Origin: Opitutales bacterium
GTDB taxonomy: Bacteria > Verrucomicrobiota > Verrucomicrobiia > Opitutales > PNEW01
NCBI GenBank assembly: GCA_965219535.1
Contig: CBDCNV010000001.1
Location: 1,140,001-1,172,000 of the forward strand
Reading direction: 5' to 3'
DNA length: 32,000 bases
The notes beneath the pieces are model-generated. The model saw only the letters and a list, made by a program, of their open reading frames with translations. It was not told the DNA's origin and ran no database searches. The position numbers and the translations under genes were made by a program. This document shows, piece by piece, positions 1-7,538 of this stretch (positions are counted from its first letter, which is position 1; each line of letters begins with the position of its first letter).

Positions 1-172
1 ATAGGTTCCACCTCCAGCTCCGGTTTAGTCACACCCCCCCAGAAATAATAAAGACAGAAAATGAATAAGCCCGTTATGAATAAGAAAAGGAATTTTGGGA
101 TAATTGCTCTCTTATTCATAACCGAAATCACAGTTAATATCTTAGTAAATTAGTAAAATGAATTTTAGCCAC

Positions 173-251
173 CAGTCGTCGCCAAGGCTATGACCGGCAG
201 GCAAGAGGCACAAGAAACACCAGCCGTCGCCAAGGCTATGGCCGGCAGACA
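173..251. repeat. Tandem pair of a ~30-nt module, CAGCCGTCGCCAAGGCTATGGCCGGCAG
   Basis: Two direct copies (173-200 and 221-248) differ at 3 positions. The core CGCCAAGGCTATGGC recurs at 3741-3770 (rc), 10453-10473 (rc, degenerate), 13812-13843, 21948-21981 and 26121-26148. Confidence 0.85.
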
Positions 252-326
252 AGAAATGAAATAGTGTTTGATTAATATGGTTTAAAAAATGTCGTTTAAA
301 GTAAAATAAAAGTGATGAATTAAAGT

Positions 327-627
327 ATGATGGATATAGAGATTAAGGTGCTAAGCGATCAAATCAGAAGTACAAGTCTATCATTACATTCTTATCTCAA
401 GCACGGACATTTAGAGAAAGTCTATGAACACGGGTTATTGAACAGACTTTCAAAAGCTGGACTGTCTGTTAAGTCACAGTACTCAATTAAAGTATTGGAC
501 GAAGATAATACAGAGTTAGGTGATTATTATGCAGATCTGCTAGTAGAAGATATAATGATTGTAGAAATAAAAGCCTGTAGAATCTTAACAGGTGATCACA
601 CTGCCCAAATTCTTGGTTATATGAGAG
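327..627 (+). pseudogene. GxxExxY-family (PD-(D/E)XK-like) protein, 3'-truncated by IS insertion
   Basis: The motif G-HL-E-KV-Y (GHLEKVYEHGL) is followed by VEIKA...AQILGYMR, which is typical of this small family. The reading frame runs into the IS end at 628 and stops at a TGA inside the IS terminal repeat, so about 25 C-terminal residues are missing. Confidence 0.7.
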
Positions 628-692
628 TGGAGTGACCCCCAAAAATCGTATCATTTACAGAGAGAGGTTATCGGGATAAACAGATAACCTCA

Positions 693-905
693 ATGAAAAG
701 AAAAAGATACACAACAGAACAGATTATAACAATATTGCGGCAAGCCGATACCGGTAAAACGGTACAGGAAATCTGCCGTGGAAACAACCTGAGCGAACAG
801 ACTTTCTATCGCTGGCGTAAAAAATATGGCAATTTAGAACTTGCCGATGCGAAGCGATTTAAAGAGCTGGAAAAAGAATTCACGAGCGCAAGCGAGAAGG
901 CCTGA
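693..905 (+). CDS. IS3-family OrfA (HTH), ending at an in-frame TGA; the same frame stays open to 986
   Basis: The 70-aa product MKRKRYTTEQIITILRQADTGKTVQEICR..QTFYRWRKKY is typical of transposase OrfA. After TGA 903-905 the frame continues HTELKKLLADQMLKNQVMEETLSKKW*, which is the leucine-zipper part. Confidence 0.75.
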   Translation: MKRKRYTTEQIITILRQADTGKTVQEICRGNNLSEQTFYRWRKKYGNLELADAKRFKELEKEFTSASEKA

Positions 906-973
906 CATACCGAGCTGAAGAAGCTGCTCGCAGATCAAATGCTCAAGAATCAGGTAATGGAGGAAACGCTGTC

Positions 974-980
974 AAAAAAA
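974..980 (+). promoter_or_regulatory. A AAA AAA -1 programmed frameshift heptamer of the IS
   Basis: An A7 run is in phase with orfA (tca aaa aaa tgg tga). The orfB frame opens at 980 in the -1 frame, which is the standard IS3 arrangement. Confidence 0.7.
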
Positions 981-1945
981 TGGTGAGCCCAAAGCAGAAG
1001 AAACGAGTAGTAAAAGCTGCGGCTGAGAAAGGGTTGTGCTCGTTGCGGAGGGCTTGTGCTTATCTCAGCCTGAGTTGGTCAACGTTCAGTTACCGGCCCA
1101 AACAGGCCAGTGAGAAAGCTCAGCGGTTGGTCGAGCGGATTGTGAGCTTGTCCTGGAAACATCCCCGCTACGGTTACCGGCGCATCCGTGCCTTGCTGGT
1201 AAAGGAAGGCTGGACAACAAGCAGGAAGTTTGTCCAGGCGGTACGACGTTCAGAAGGGCTGCAGGTAAAGCCCCCGAAAAAGGGCAGACACCGTCAAGGA
1301 GTCTCTACGGGGTCACCTACTAAAGCAAAGGGTCGCAATCACGTTTGGTCCTGGGACTTTGTCCATGATCGTACAGACAACGGCGGTCCATTAAAGATGA
1401 TGACTCTAATCGATGTACCGAGGAGCTGAAAGCGACGACACTCAAGCGAAGCGAAGACATATACGCGTAAATGCCTGGATATCCGGGTCGCTCGTCAACT
1501 CACCTCAACCGATGTCCTCTCTGTGCTTAGCGAGGCCATTGAAGAGGAGGGACCTCCCAGCTATATCCGTAGTGACAACGGCAGTGAGTTCATTGCTCAT
1601 CAAGTGCAGCAGTGGTTGTCCGGTAATAACATAAAGGCGATCTATATCGATCCGGGCAGTCCCTGGCAAAACGGTTTCATCGAGTCGTTTCACAACCGCT
1701 TACGCGATGAGTGTTTGAACCGTGAAGTGTTGCTCAGCGTGGCTGAAGCGCAAGTGGTAATCGAACAATGGCGTCAGACCTATAACCATGAACATCCCCA
1801 CAGTCGTTTAGGCTTCAAAAGCCCACAAGAGTTTGTCAGATTCCTTTCCGATCTTGGCCGCGTTCGGGCTACGCCCTCACTTCGCCAAGATCTCTCATAT
1901 ACATCAATCCTAAAACCATTAACACCCGGTAACTCTCTCACTTAA
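980..1945 (+). pseudogene. IS3-family OrfB (DDE integrase core) interrupted by in-frame TGA at 1427-1429
   Basis: ORFs 980-1429 and 1523-1945 are in the same frame. The reading ..LKMMTLID VPRS* KRRHSSEAK TYTRKCLD..GPPSYIRSDNGSEF..PGSPWQNGFIESFH is collinear with the neighbouring IS paralogue except for a ~13-codon insertion that carries the stop. Confidence 0.75.
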
Positions 1946-1972
1946 ATTGGTACGAAAAACGGGGTCCGATCA

Positions 1973-3057
1973 AGGTTTTGAGCGAAACGTTGTGGAGTAA
2001 TATTGCCGAGGCTGCGGTGGGGTCGAACATGATTGTAAAGCCAGCGCCAATCTTCGATCACCACGCGGGCTTCGGTCAAAGTCCACAGCTGTTCACGATT
2101 TAGACACTCCTCGCGAAAACGGGCATGGAACGATTCGATGTATCCGTTCTGCCAAGGGCTTCCTGGTTCGATATAGAGGGTATTGATTTTCATCGCAGTT
2201 AGCCAAGTTCGCAATTCCTTTTCAATAAACTCGGAACCGTTATCGCTGCGAATATATTTTGGCGGCCCATGAGGGTCGAGCAGTTTTTGCATGACCCCGC
2301 GCACCTTCTGCGCATTGATATGGCGATCGACATGGATCACCCGGCACTCGCGGGTGTACTCGTCAAGGACGGTGAGCATTTTGAGATTCCCACCGCGGAC
2401 CGTCTTATCGTGGATAAAGTCCCAGGTCCAAACATGGTCGGGATGTTCGGCCTTCGTCGGCAGCCCGGTGGAGACACCCCTGCGCCGGCGTCTTGGCTTG
2501 CGTGGGGGAATCGCCAGGCCCAGTTCACGTCGCAGACCTTGCACGAGCCGTTTACCCACCTGCCAGCCTTCGTCCTTCAACAGCTTCGTGATCTTCGGAT
2601 AGCCCCACCTCGCGTATTGCCGTGATAACCGCCTTACTGCCGCCTTCAGTTTCGTTAGCCAGGCATCAGGATACTTCGCCCGATACGCATAGGTGGAGCG
2701 GTGCAGGTGAAAGTATCGGCACGCTCCACGTATCGAACACTGGCCCCGGGCCACAAGTCTCTCTGCCACTTGCCGCTTGTGCCCAGGGCTTACAGTTTTT
2801 TTTCGAGCGTCTCCTGCACAATCTCTATCCCCAGCAGCTTGTCCGCCAGCATCCGCTTTAACCGCGCGTTCTCCTTCAAAGAGTTCCTTCATCCGCTTGG
2901 CCTGGTTGACATCAATCATCCCAAGTTCACGTTTCCAGCGGTGGAAGGTCTGTTCGCTTATGTTGTTCTCGCGGCATACTTCCAGAATCGTTTTCCCTTT
3001 GTCTGCCTGCCGCAGCATCCGTATCTTCTCTTCGGTTGTATATCTTTTGCCTTTCAT
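1973..3057 (-). pseudogene. Fused OrfA-OrfB transposase with an out-of-frame zipper segment and a truncated C-terminus
   Basis: The HTH N-terminus and the DDE part are in one frame. The segment between them reads as nonsense (FEGERAVKADAGGQAAGDRDCAGDARKK). The adjacent frame reads a canonical LKENARLKRMLADKLLGIEIVQETLEKKL* that ends at an A8 slippery run (2796-2803). Confidence 0.65.
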
Positions 3058-3118
3058 TGTCTGAGTCCTTTCTAGGTGTCCCAGACTAACTTTTCTAGTG
3101 GACCAGTTTTCGTGGTCA
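1973..3118 (-). mobile_element. Second, distinct IS3-family element, 3' end truncated by IS copy 1
   Basis: Its transposase is about 60 percent identical to the IS copy 1 proteins. The left end TGACCACGAAAACTGG is at 3118 (rc). The transposase frame runs straight into the end of copy 1 (..QRFAQNL|DRTPFFVPI*), so the native C-terminus and right IR are missing. Confidence 0.8.
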
Positions 3119-3197
3119 CGACCAAGGTGTTTAATCCAAAGATCAATAGGATCACACCGAGGATGAGACGAAGGATAAGATTAATTTTGGTTTTCAT
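3119..3197 (-). pseudogene. N-terminal fragment of a small membrane protein cut by the second IS
   Basis: ATG at 3197 (rc) gives MKTKINLILRLILGVILLIFGLNTLV, a hydrophobic N-terminus. The frame is then interrupted by the IS end at 3118. Confidence 0.35.
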
Positions 3198-3208
3198 GAG
3201 TTTATGTT

Positions 3209-3663
3209 GAGGAGTCTAAGGTCGAAGGTCAAAAGTCGAAAGCAGGAAACAAGAAATATTTTACAGGAAGAACGGGAAGGCCGGGGAGAAAGAAGGGGGG
3301 ATAGCCACAAAAGGCACAAAATGAAGATTAGAATATTTATTACATATTAATGGGAAAAAGCGGTAATATTGAACCGCAGAGGCGCAGAGATCGCAGAGAC
3401 AAAGACTGACAAGTGGAGTTGACAATTTACAACTGGGTGGGTGAAACGCGGTGATTGATCTCAATGTCATCCCCCCGCATTTGCGGGTGGGATTGACTAC
3501 GGCTTTCCCTAGCGCTTTTTTTAAATTGTGATTTAAAAAAACGTGTAGGAAACATCCGGCGTCCCGCGGTGGCGGGACTATTGTGATCAATCACCGCATT
3601 TCACCTTAGTTATTCTGGATCTACTATTGCATTCGACTTTAGACATTCGACTTTAGACTCCTC
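3209..3663. repeat. Foldback mosaic element R1 (455 bp) with nested inverted repeats
   Basis: The outer arms are gaggagtctaaggtcgaaggtcaaaagtcgaaag (3209-3242) and tcgactttagacattcgactttagactcctc (3633-3663). An inner 21-bp IR, ggtgaaacgcggtgattgatc (3440-3460) with gatcaatcaccgcatttcacc (3585-3605), has 1 mismatch. GC hairpins lie at 3471-3491 and 3561-3578. Confidence 0.85.
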
Positions 3664-3689
3664 AATTTCCCATCCGCGTTATCAGCGGT

Positions 3690-3905
3690 TTAATTTTCCC
3701 GATCTTCCCGAGCTTCCTGTAAAACCTCTTTCTTCTCTTGCCTGTCGGCCATAGCCTTGGCGACGGCTGGTGCTTTTGGAAGATCTCGCTGCGCTTTGGT
3801 AGTGCCTTTGAAAGATGTCGCCGCTGGCTCGGTAGTGCCTATCCTACCCGTAAAATCCCTCTTTCTTCTCTTGTGCTTTTTGTGCCTCTTGTGGCTATTC
3901 CTCAC
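3690..3905. repeat. Low-complexity mosaic segment R2 (its ORF is spurious)
   Basis: It has internal direct repeats gtaaaa(c)ctctttcttctcttg (3719-3740 and 3850-3873), an rc copy of the CGCCAAGGCTATGGC module (3741-3770), and a gccacaagaggcacaa word shared with 205-220 and 3301-3322. Confidence 0.75.
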
Positions 3906-3916
3906 TTAGAATAACT

Positions 3917-4156
3917 TCAGTTTTCGACCTTCGCGTCGCGAACATTCTTCGGTGGATCTTTCCACTGAAAGTGGGATTTTCCGGGTTCGTGGGTGGACAT
4001 ATTCCAGGTGGCATGGCCGCGCTTCACGGCTTCGTTCTGAAAGAAGGCCAAATCCTTTTTCGCCTCATCGAGAGCGAGGATTTTAAAGTAGTAAGCAATG
4101 ATCGCCGCTATTAATCCGATAAGACTCAAGAGCATCGCTAGAAATACAAAGGCCAT
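3917..4156 (-). CDS. Hypothetical small membrane-anchored protein (79 aa)
   Basis: There is an N-terminal TM helix MAFVFLAMLLSLIGLIAAIIAYYF followed by a non-repetitive soluble tail. The last codons (RDAKVEN*) overlap a cgaaggtcgaaaac word array. Confidence 0.55.
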   Translation of the reverse strand: MAFVFLAMLLSLIGLIAAIIAYYFKILALDEAKKDLAFFQNEAVKRGHATWNMSTHEPGKSHFQWKDPPKNVRDAKVEN

Positions 4157-4167
4157 GGGGGGAAACT

Positions 4168-4198
4168 AAATTTCTTGCTTAGTGTAAGCAAGAAATTT
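4168..4198. terminator. 13-bp perfect hairpin aaatttcttgctt-agtgt-aagcaagaaattt
   Basis: This is a perfect inverted repeat with a 5-nt loop between two minus-strand genes. A short T-rich stretch follows it on the minus strand. Confidence 0.4.
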
Positions 4199-4368
4199 GT
4201 CAAAAGGTCAAAAAGTCAAAATGTATTTGCGTATACGCGAAGATGAGTAAATGCGATAAAGGGTGAATGCGGAATTATACCGAATACAGGATGATCCTCG
4301 CGGTTGTCGATTATTCACATCTTCACATACTCGCTTGTTCCCGTATACCCATTTCCCCATAGACTGAC
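4199..4368. repeat. Foldback mosaic element R3 (degenerate right arm)
   Basis: The left arm is gtcaaaaggtcaaaaagtcaaaatg (4199-4223). The inner module gcgtatacgcgaagatgagtaaatgcgataaagggtgaatgcggaat resembles those of R6 and R14. The right half is decayed (catttccccatagactgac, 4350-4368). Confidence 0.6.
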
Positions 4369-4415
4369 AAATGATTAAGAAATTTCTAAACCAGAAATTT
4401 CTTCTTCATTTGTCA
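4365..4415 (-). terminator. Long hairpin containing the stop codon of the Ldh_2-type gene
   Basis: tgacaaatga (4365-4374) pairs with tcatttgtca (4406-4415), and aagaaatttct (4377-4387) pairs with agaaatttctt (4393-4403). That gives 10+11 bp with a 2x2 internal loop and a 5-nt loop. The stop codon is at 4375-4377. No U-tract follows. Confidence 0.4.
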
Positions 4416-5484
4416 TGGTCTTAAACCATTCAATGACTTCTTTATGTAGCGGTATGCCGTTTGCTCGACGGTCTTTTTCTTCTTCAGCTTCGAGCATGCC
4501 GGGGTAGATCACGCGTTCCTGGCCGGGGGCGGGTTTGGTTTCCCGGATCATCTTGAGCATGCGATCCATGTTATCTTTAAAGATATCGAGGTCAGTAAAG
4601 GCTTCGATGTCGTAGGCGACGAAATGGTGTTTATGCGCCATACCCGGTTCACCCGGGGATGCGAGCATGCTGGGAATGGAACCTGCCAATATTGAACCGA
4701 GGATTTCTGCTACCATCGCGAGTCCATATCCTTTATGTGAACCCTGTTCTCGCGTGCCGCCCAAGGGGAGTATGTGTACCGGTATGCCGTCCTCGTATTC
4801 AGGTACGTGAACGCGCTCCATTATGGGTACACCATCGGAATCGGCAATCCAGCCTGGTTCCAGCTTTGATCCTATTCTGCGGGCGAGCTCAATTTTATTT
4901 CCTGCGACCGAGCAGGTCGCGGCATCATAGAGAAAAGGCGCTTCATTGCGTGTGGGTGCGGCCAGGGCAATAGGATTTGTTCCAAGCAAGCCCGCTGAGG
5001 AAAAAGTTGGCACCACCTGTGTGCCGGCTGCAGTCGTAACTAAACCTACCATATTGTTTTGAACCGCCTGCATCGCGTGATGGCCGATAGCACCTGAATG
5101 ACCGCTGTTGTAAACGGACACCGCACCGATGCCGATCTGCTTAGCTTTGTCGATCGCTATCTGCATCGCGTGGCGACCGATGATGATGACTAAACCATTA
5201 TCCGCATTGATGTTCGCTGTCCCCGGTTTTTCACGCACAATCTCCCAATTGGACCTCGCGTTGATATGTTTATTTTTGTACTGATAGTGGTAGGCTCTCA
5301 GCATATTAGAGACGCCGTGGCTTTCCACTCCACGCAGGTCAGACGTTACGAGGGTGTCAGCGGCGATCGCGGCGTCTTCCGGAGTCTCACCCATCTTTTC
5401 AAAAAACTCCGTAACCGTTCGGCGGAGTGATTCCTCCGAAACAAGGACTTGATCATCTAGAGGGACTTTGAAGCGTTCTAGCAT
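4375..5484 (-). CDS. Ldh_2-family (malate/L-lactate/sulfolactate-type) NAD(P)H oxidoreductase
   Basis: The 369-aa product has DLRGVESHGVSNMLRAYH, SGHSGAIGHHAMQA and GSHKGYGLAMVAEILG blocks typical of the Ldh_2 fold family. Confidence 0.8.
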   Translation of the reverse strand: MLERFKVPLDDQVLVSEESLRRTVTEFFEKMGETPEDAAIAADTLVTSDLRGVESHGVSNMLRAYHYQYKNKHINARSNWEIVREKPGTANINADNGLVIIIGRHAMQIAIDKAKQIGIGAVSVYNSGHSGAIGHHAMQAVQNNMVGLVTTAAGTQVVPTFSSAGLLGTNPIALAAPTRNEAPFLYDAATCSVAGNKIELARRIGSKLEPGWIADSDGVPIMERVHVPEYEDGIPVHILPLGGTREQGSHKGYGLAMVAEILGSILAGSIPSMLASPGEPGMAHKHHFVAYDIEAFTDLDIFKDNMDRMLKMIRETKPAPGQERVIYPGMLEAEEEKDRRANGIPLHKEVIEWFKTMTNEEEISGLEIS

Positions 5485-5507
5485 AACTCAAAGAAGTTGA
5501 GTTATGC

Positions 5508-5588
5508 AGTCGAAGGTCAAATGTCAAAGGTCAAAAGTAATGTTTTTCAAAAAATCATGCTTTAGACTTTAGACCTTGGACTTTTGAC
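5508..5588. repeat. Foldback element R4 (short form)
   Basis: The left arm is agtcgaaggtcaaatgtcaaaggtcaaaagt (5508-5538) and the right arm is ctttagactttagaccttggacttttgac (5560-5588). Complementarity is about 75 percent in 7-nt register. Confidence 0.75.
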
Positions 5589-5616
5589 GACCAAAATGAG
5601 CTAGCTCATTTTGGTC
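5589..5616 (-). terminator. Perfect 28-bp palindrome centred on the stop codon of the epimerase gene
   Basis: In gaccaaaatgagct|agctcattttggtc the stop codon (cta, rc tag) lies at 5601-5603. The 5' arm in mRNA sense is the last 4 codons of the CDS. Confidence 0.4.
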
Positions 5617-6509
5617 TTGAGCCACCATTGATAGGTCATGGCCAGGCCGTCGTGGATGTTGTAGCGGGGTGTCCAGTCGAGATCGCGACGGGCTTTTTCG
5701 TTGGAGTATACGGAGCTGATTCCCCACCCAAAGGGGAATACGTCAGCCTCGAGTTCATCATAGCGTTTGGGATCGACGTGAATCACTTCCACTTCCTTGT
5801 TCATGACTTTACTCAGGGTTTGCAAATAACCGTTAACGGTTATCATCTCATTCGCACCGATGGTATAGATTTGGCCTGCTGCCTGTTTTTGACTTGGAAC
5901 AGCGGCAAACGCGGCGGCCAGATCATCGACGTGGATAAAGTGGAGGAGCCGTTGACCATCGCCGGGGATAATTAATTTACGTCCGTGAGTGATACGGGCA
6001 AAGAAAGTATGCTCGCGCTGTTTCAAGTTATTGTGCGGACCGTAGACATAGACCAGCCGCAGTGAGGTTGTCGGCAGCCCGAGCTCCGCGTGTACTTTTA
6101 AGAGAAGATCTTCACAGGCGATCTTGTCCCTGGCGTAGTCACTGGCTTCCGGTCTTCTGTCGAGGGCGGAATCTTCAAAGATCGGCCTGATTTCGGAGGG
6201 CGCGTAAACGGAAGTCGAGCTGCAGAAGACATAATTACCGATCTGACCATTGAGAATATTAATAACATCTTCAACGACGTTCGGGGTATAACCCGAAATG
6301 TCATAGACGACATCAAATGATTTACCCTTCAATGCCTTTTCGACCTGATTTCGGTCATCGCGATCGGCGCTGAGACGATTGACTTCATCCGGAAGCTGTG
6401 CCTCGCTCAAACCCCGGTTCAAAATAGTTACCTTATGTCCCTGTTTAATTAAATATTCAACAAGGTGTAACCCAATAAATTGGGTGCCGCCTAATACTAG
6501 TGATTCCAT
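5601..6509 (-). CDS. NAD-dependent epimerase/dehydratase family (extended SDR) protein
   Basis: The N-terminus MESLVLGGTQFIGLHLVEYL carries the Rossmann GxxGxxG motif. I place the start at ATG 6509. The track ORF starts at a TTG (6551) inside repeat arm R5, and those extra 14 aa are repeat-encoded. Confidence 0.8.
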   Translation of the reverse strand: MESLVLGGTQFIGLHLVEYLIKQGHKVTILNRGLSEAQLPDEVNRLSADRDDRNQVEKALKGKSFDVVYDISGYTPNVVEDVINILNGQIGNYVFCSSTSVYAPSEIRPIFEDSALDRRPEASDYARDKIACEDLLLKVHAELGLPTTSLRLVYVYGPHNNLKQREHTFFARITHGRKLIIPGDGQRLLHFIHVDDLAAAFAAVPSQKQAAGQIYTIGANEMITVNGYLQTLSKVMNKEVEVIHVDPKRYDELEADVFPFGWGISSVYSNEKARRDLDWTPRYNIHDGLAMTYQWWLKTKMS

Positions 6510-6537
6510 AAAACGTAACCAGAGGTAACGTTTTATG

Positions 6538-6638
6538 GAGTCGAAAGTCAAAGGTCAAAAGTCGAAGGAAATGATGCTAAAAGCTTTACCACTTTCACAC
6601 AATTCCGCATTCGACCTTTGACTTTCGACCTTCGACTC
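6538..6638. repeat. Foldback element R5 in a divergent intergenic region
   Basis: The left arm is gagtcgaaagtcaaaggtcaaaagtcgaagg (6538-6568) and the right arm is ttcgacctttgactttcgaccttcgactc (6610-6638). Confidence 0.85.
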
Positions 6639-6651
6639 TTTCAATAAAGTC

Positions 6652-7530
6652 ATGATCAAAAGTAAAAACGACTACCCTACGACAGAAGAACTGGTGGAAC
6701 AGGTGAGGGAGGTGGGCTATTGCCTGATTGAAGGTATTATACCTGAAGATAAATTAGAGCCGATTAAAAAGGAAATTTCGGACGCGGCTCATGCAAATTG
6801 CAGCGATTATGCGTCTGAAAACATAACGCACCTGTCCGGGACGATTAATTATACCCAAAGTTTTGCGGAGTATGTCGCACACCCGCGTATCCTGGCACTG
6901 GTGGACACATTTTTCGGCCCTCACGCGCGCGTCTCCTCGACGACGACGACGATCAATGAACCGGGAAATAAGCGCGGCATGTGGCATTCCGACTGGCCAT
7001 TCAACCAGAGGAACGCGGGTCACATTCCGGTACCCTATCCCGACTTGATGGTTCACATCACTTCGATCTGGATGATGTCCGCCTTCACTAAAGAGAATGG
7101 AGGGACTTTGATTCGGCCGAAAAGCCATAAGCTTAATTACAATCCGAGTGTGGACTATCCGGAAAATAAAGCAAAGACATCGGATAAAAAAGCGATGGCG
7201 GAAGGGTGGACGACGGTAGCCTGCGATCCTTTAGATGATGAAATAAATGCCACCGGTCCTGCCGGCAGTGTGCTCTTTTTTGACAGCCGCTTATGGCACG
7301 CCACGGCGCCCAACACTTCCACCGATCCTCGCGTCGCGCTGATTGTGCGTTACGCCCCCTGGTGGATAAATTTAAAATCCTGGAGACCCGGTTCGATTGA
7401 TAGAAAAATAATTTCCGAAGAGCCCGGCATTTTTGAAAACGTGCTCGCCCCACTACCCGTAGCCGTCTACGAAAAATTGCCCGAAGTAACGAAGCCACTG
7501 TTCAGGCATTGGGTTGAGGAAAACTCGTAG
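6652..7530 (+). CDS. Phytanoyl-CoA dioxygenase (PhyH) family Fe(II)/2-oxoglutarate oxygenase
   Basis: The 292-aa product has WHSDWPF (HxD-type metal site) and LWHATAPN (distal His), which are typical of PhyH. Confidence 0.75.
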   Translation: MIKSKNDYPTTEELVEQVREVGYCLIEGIIPEDKLEPIKKEISDAAHANCSDYASENITHLSGTINYTQSFAEYVAHPRILALVDTFFGPHARVSSTTTTINEPGNKRGMWHSDWPFNQRNAGHIPVPYPDLMVHITSIWMMSAFTKENGGTLIRPKSHKLNYNPSVDYPENKAKTSDKKAMAEGWTTVACDPLDDEINATGPAGSVLFFDSRLWHATAPNTSTDPRVALIVRYAPWWINLKSWRPGSIDRKIISEEPGIFENVLAPLPVAVYEKLPEVTKPLFRHWVEENS

Positions 7531-7538
7531 TTTTCCTC
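7516..7538 (+). terminator. 9-bp hairpin with the stop codon in the loop
   Basis: In gaggaaaac-tcgta-gttttcctc, TAG lies at 7528-7530. The 5' arm is the last codons (VEEN) of the CDS. Confidence 0.4.

Larger units (their letters stand above)
628..1972 (+). mobile_element. IS3-family insertion sequence, copy 1 (1345 bp)
   Basis: It has an orfA(HTH)/orfB(DDE rve) layout with an A AAA AAA slippery site. The imperfect terminal IRs are TGGAGTGACCCCCAAAAATCGTATCA and (rc) TGATCGGACCCCGTTTTTCGTACCA. The same 1345 bp recurs inverted at 22266-23610, with position p matching 24238-p. Confidence 0.9.

Noticed and set aside
61-153. A possible 30-aa membrane peptide (MNKPVMNKKRNFGIIALLFITEITVNILVN).
   Set aside because: It is too short and AT-rich to support from sequence alone. 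It overlaps local atgaataag/cttattcat repeats. It is left unannotated.
903-1429. The in-frame TGA codons in the IS might reflect a genome-wide recoding of TGA as a sense codon.
   Set aside because: Several well-delimited genes terminate at TGA at the expected C-termini and are followed immediately by repeat arms or the next gene. Examples are 9311-10297, 21309-21608, 24208-25314, 26550-27281, 28596-29621 and 29642-31921.
1505-3075. Multiple antisense or overlapping ORFs lie inside the two IS elements (1413-1634, 1505-1693, 2269-2625, 2291-2602, 2337-2528, 2622-2861, 2701-3075, 2777-3064, and their mirror copies in 22545-22825).
   Set aside because: They overlap the transposase reading frames, which have clear homology-type signatures, and have no features of their own.
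3261-3590. A 109-aa ORF on the minus strand.
   Set aside because: It lies wholly inside mosaic element R1, spans its inverted repeats and hairpins, and has odd composition with no start context. It is judged spurious.
3690-3905. A 71-aa ORF (HKRHKKHKRRKR..AVAKAMADRQEKKE).
   Set aside because: It is a translation of low-complexity direct repeats and of the CGCCAAGGCTATGGC module, and it has no protein-like features.
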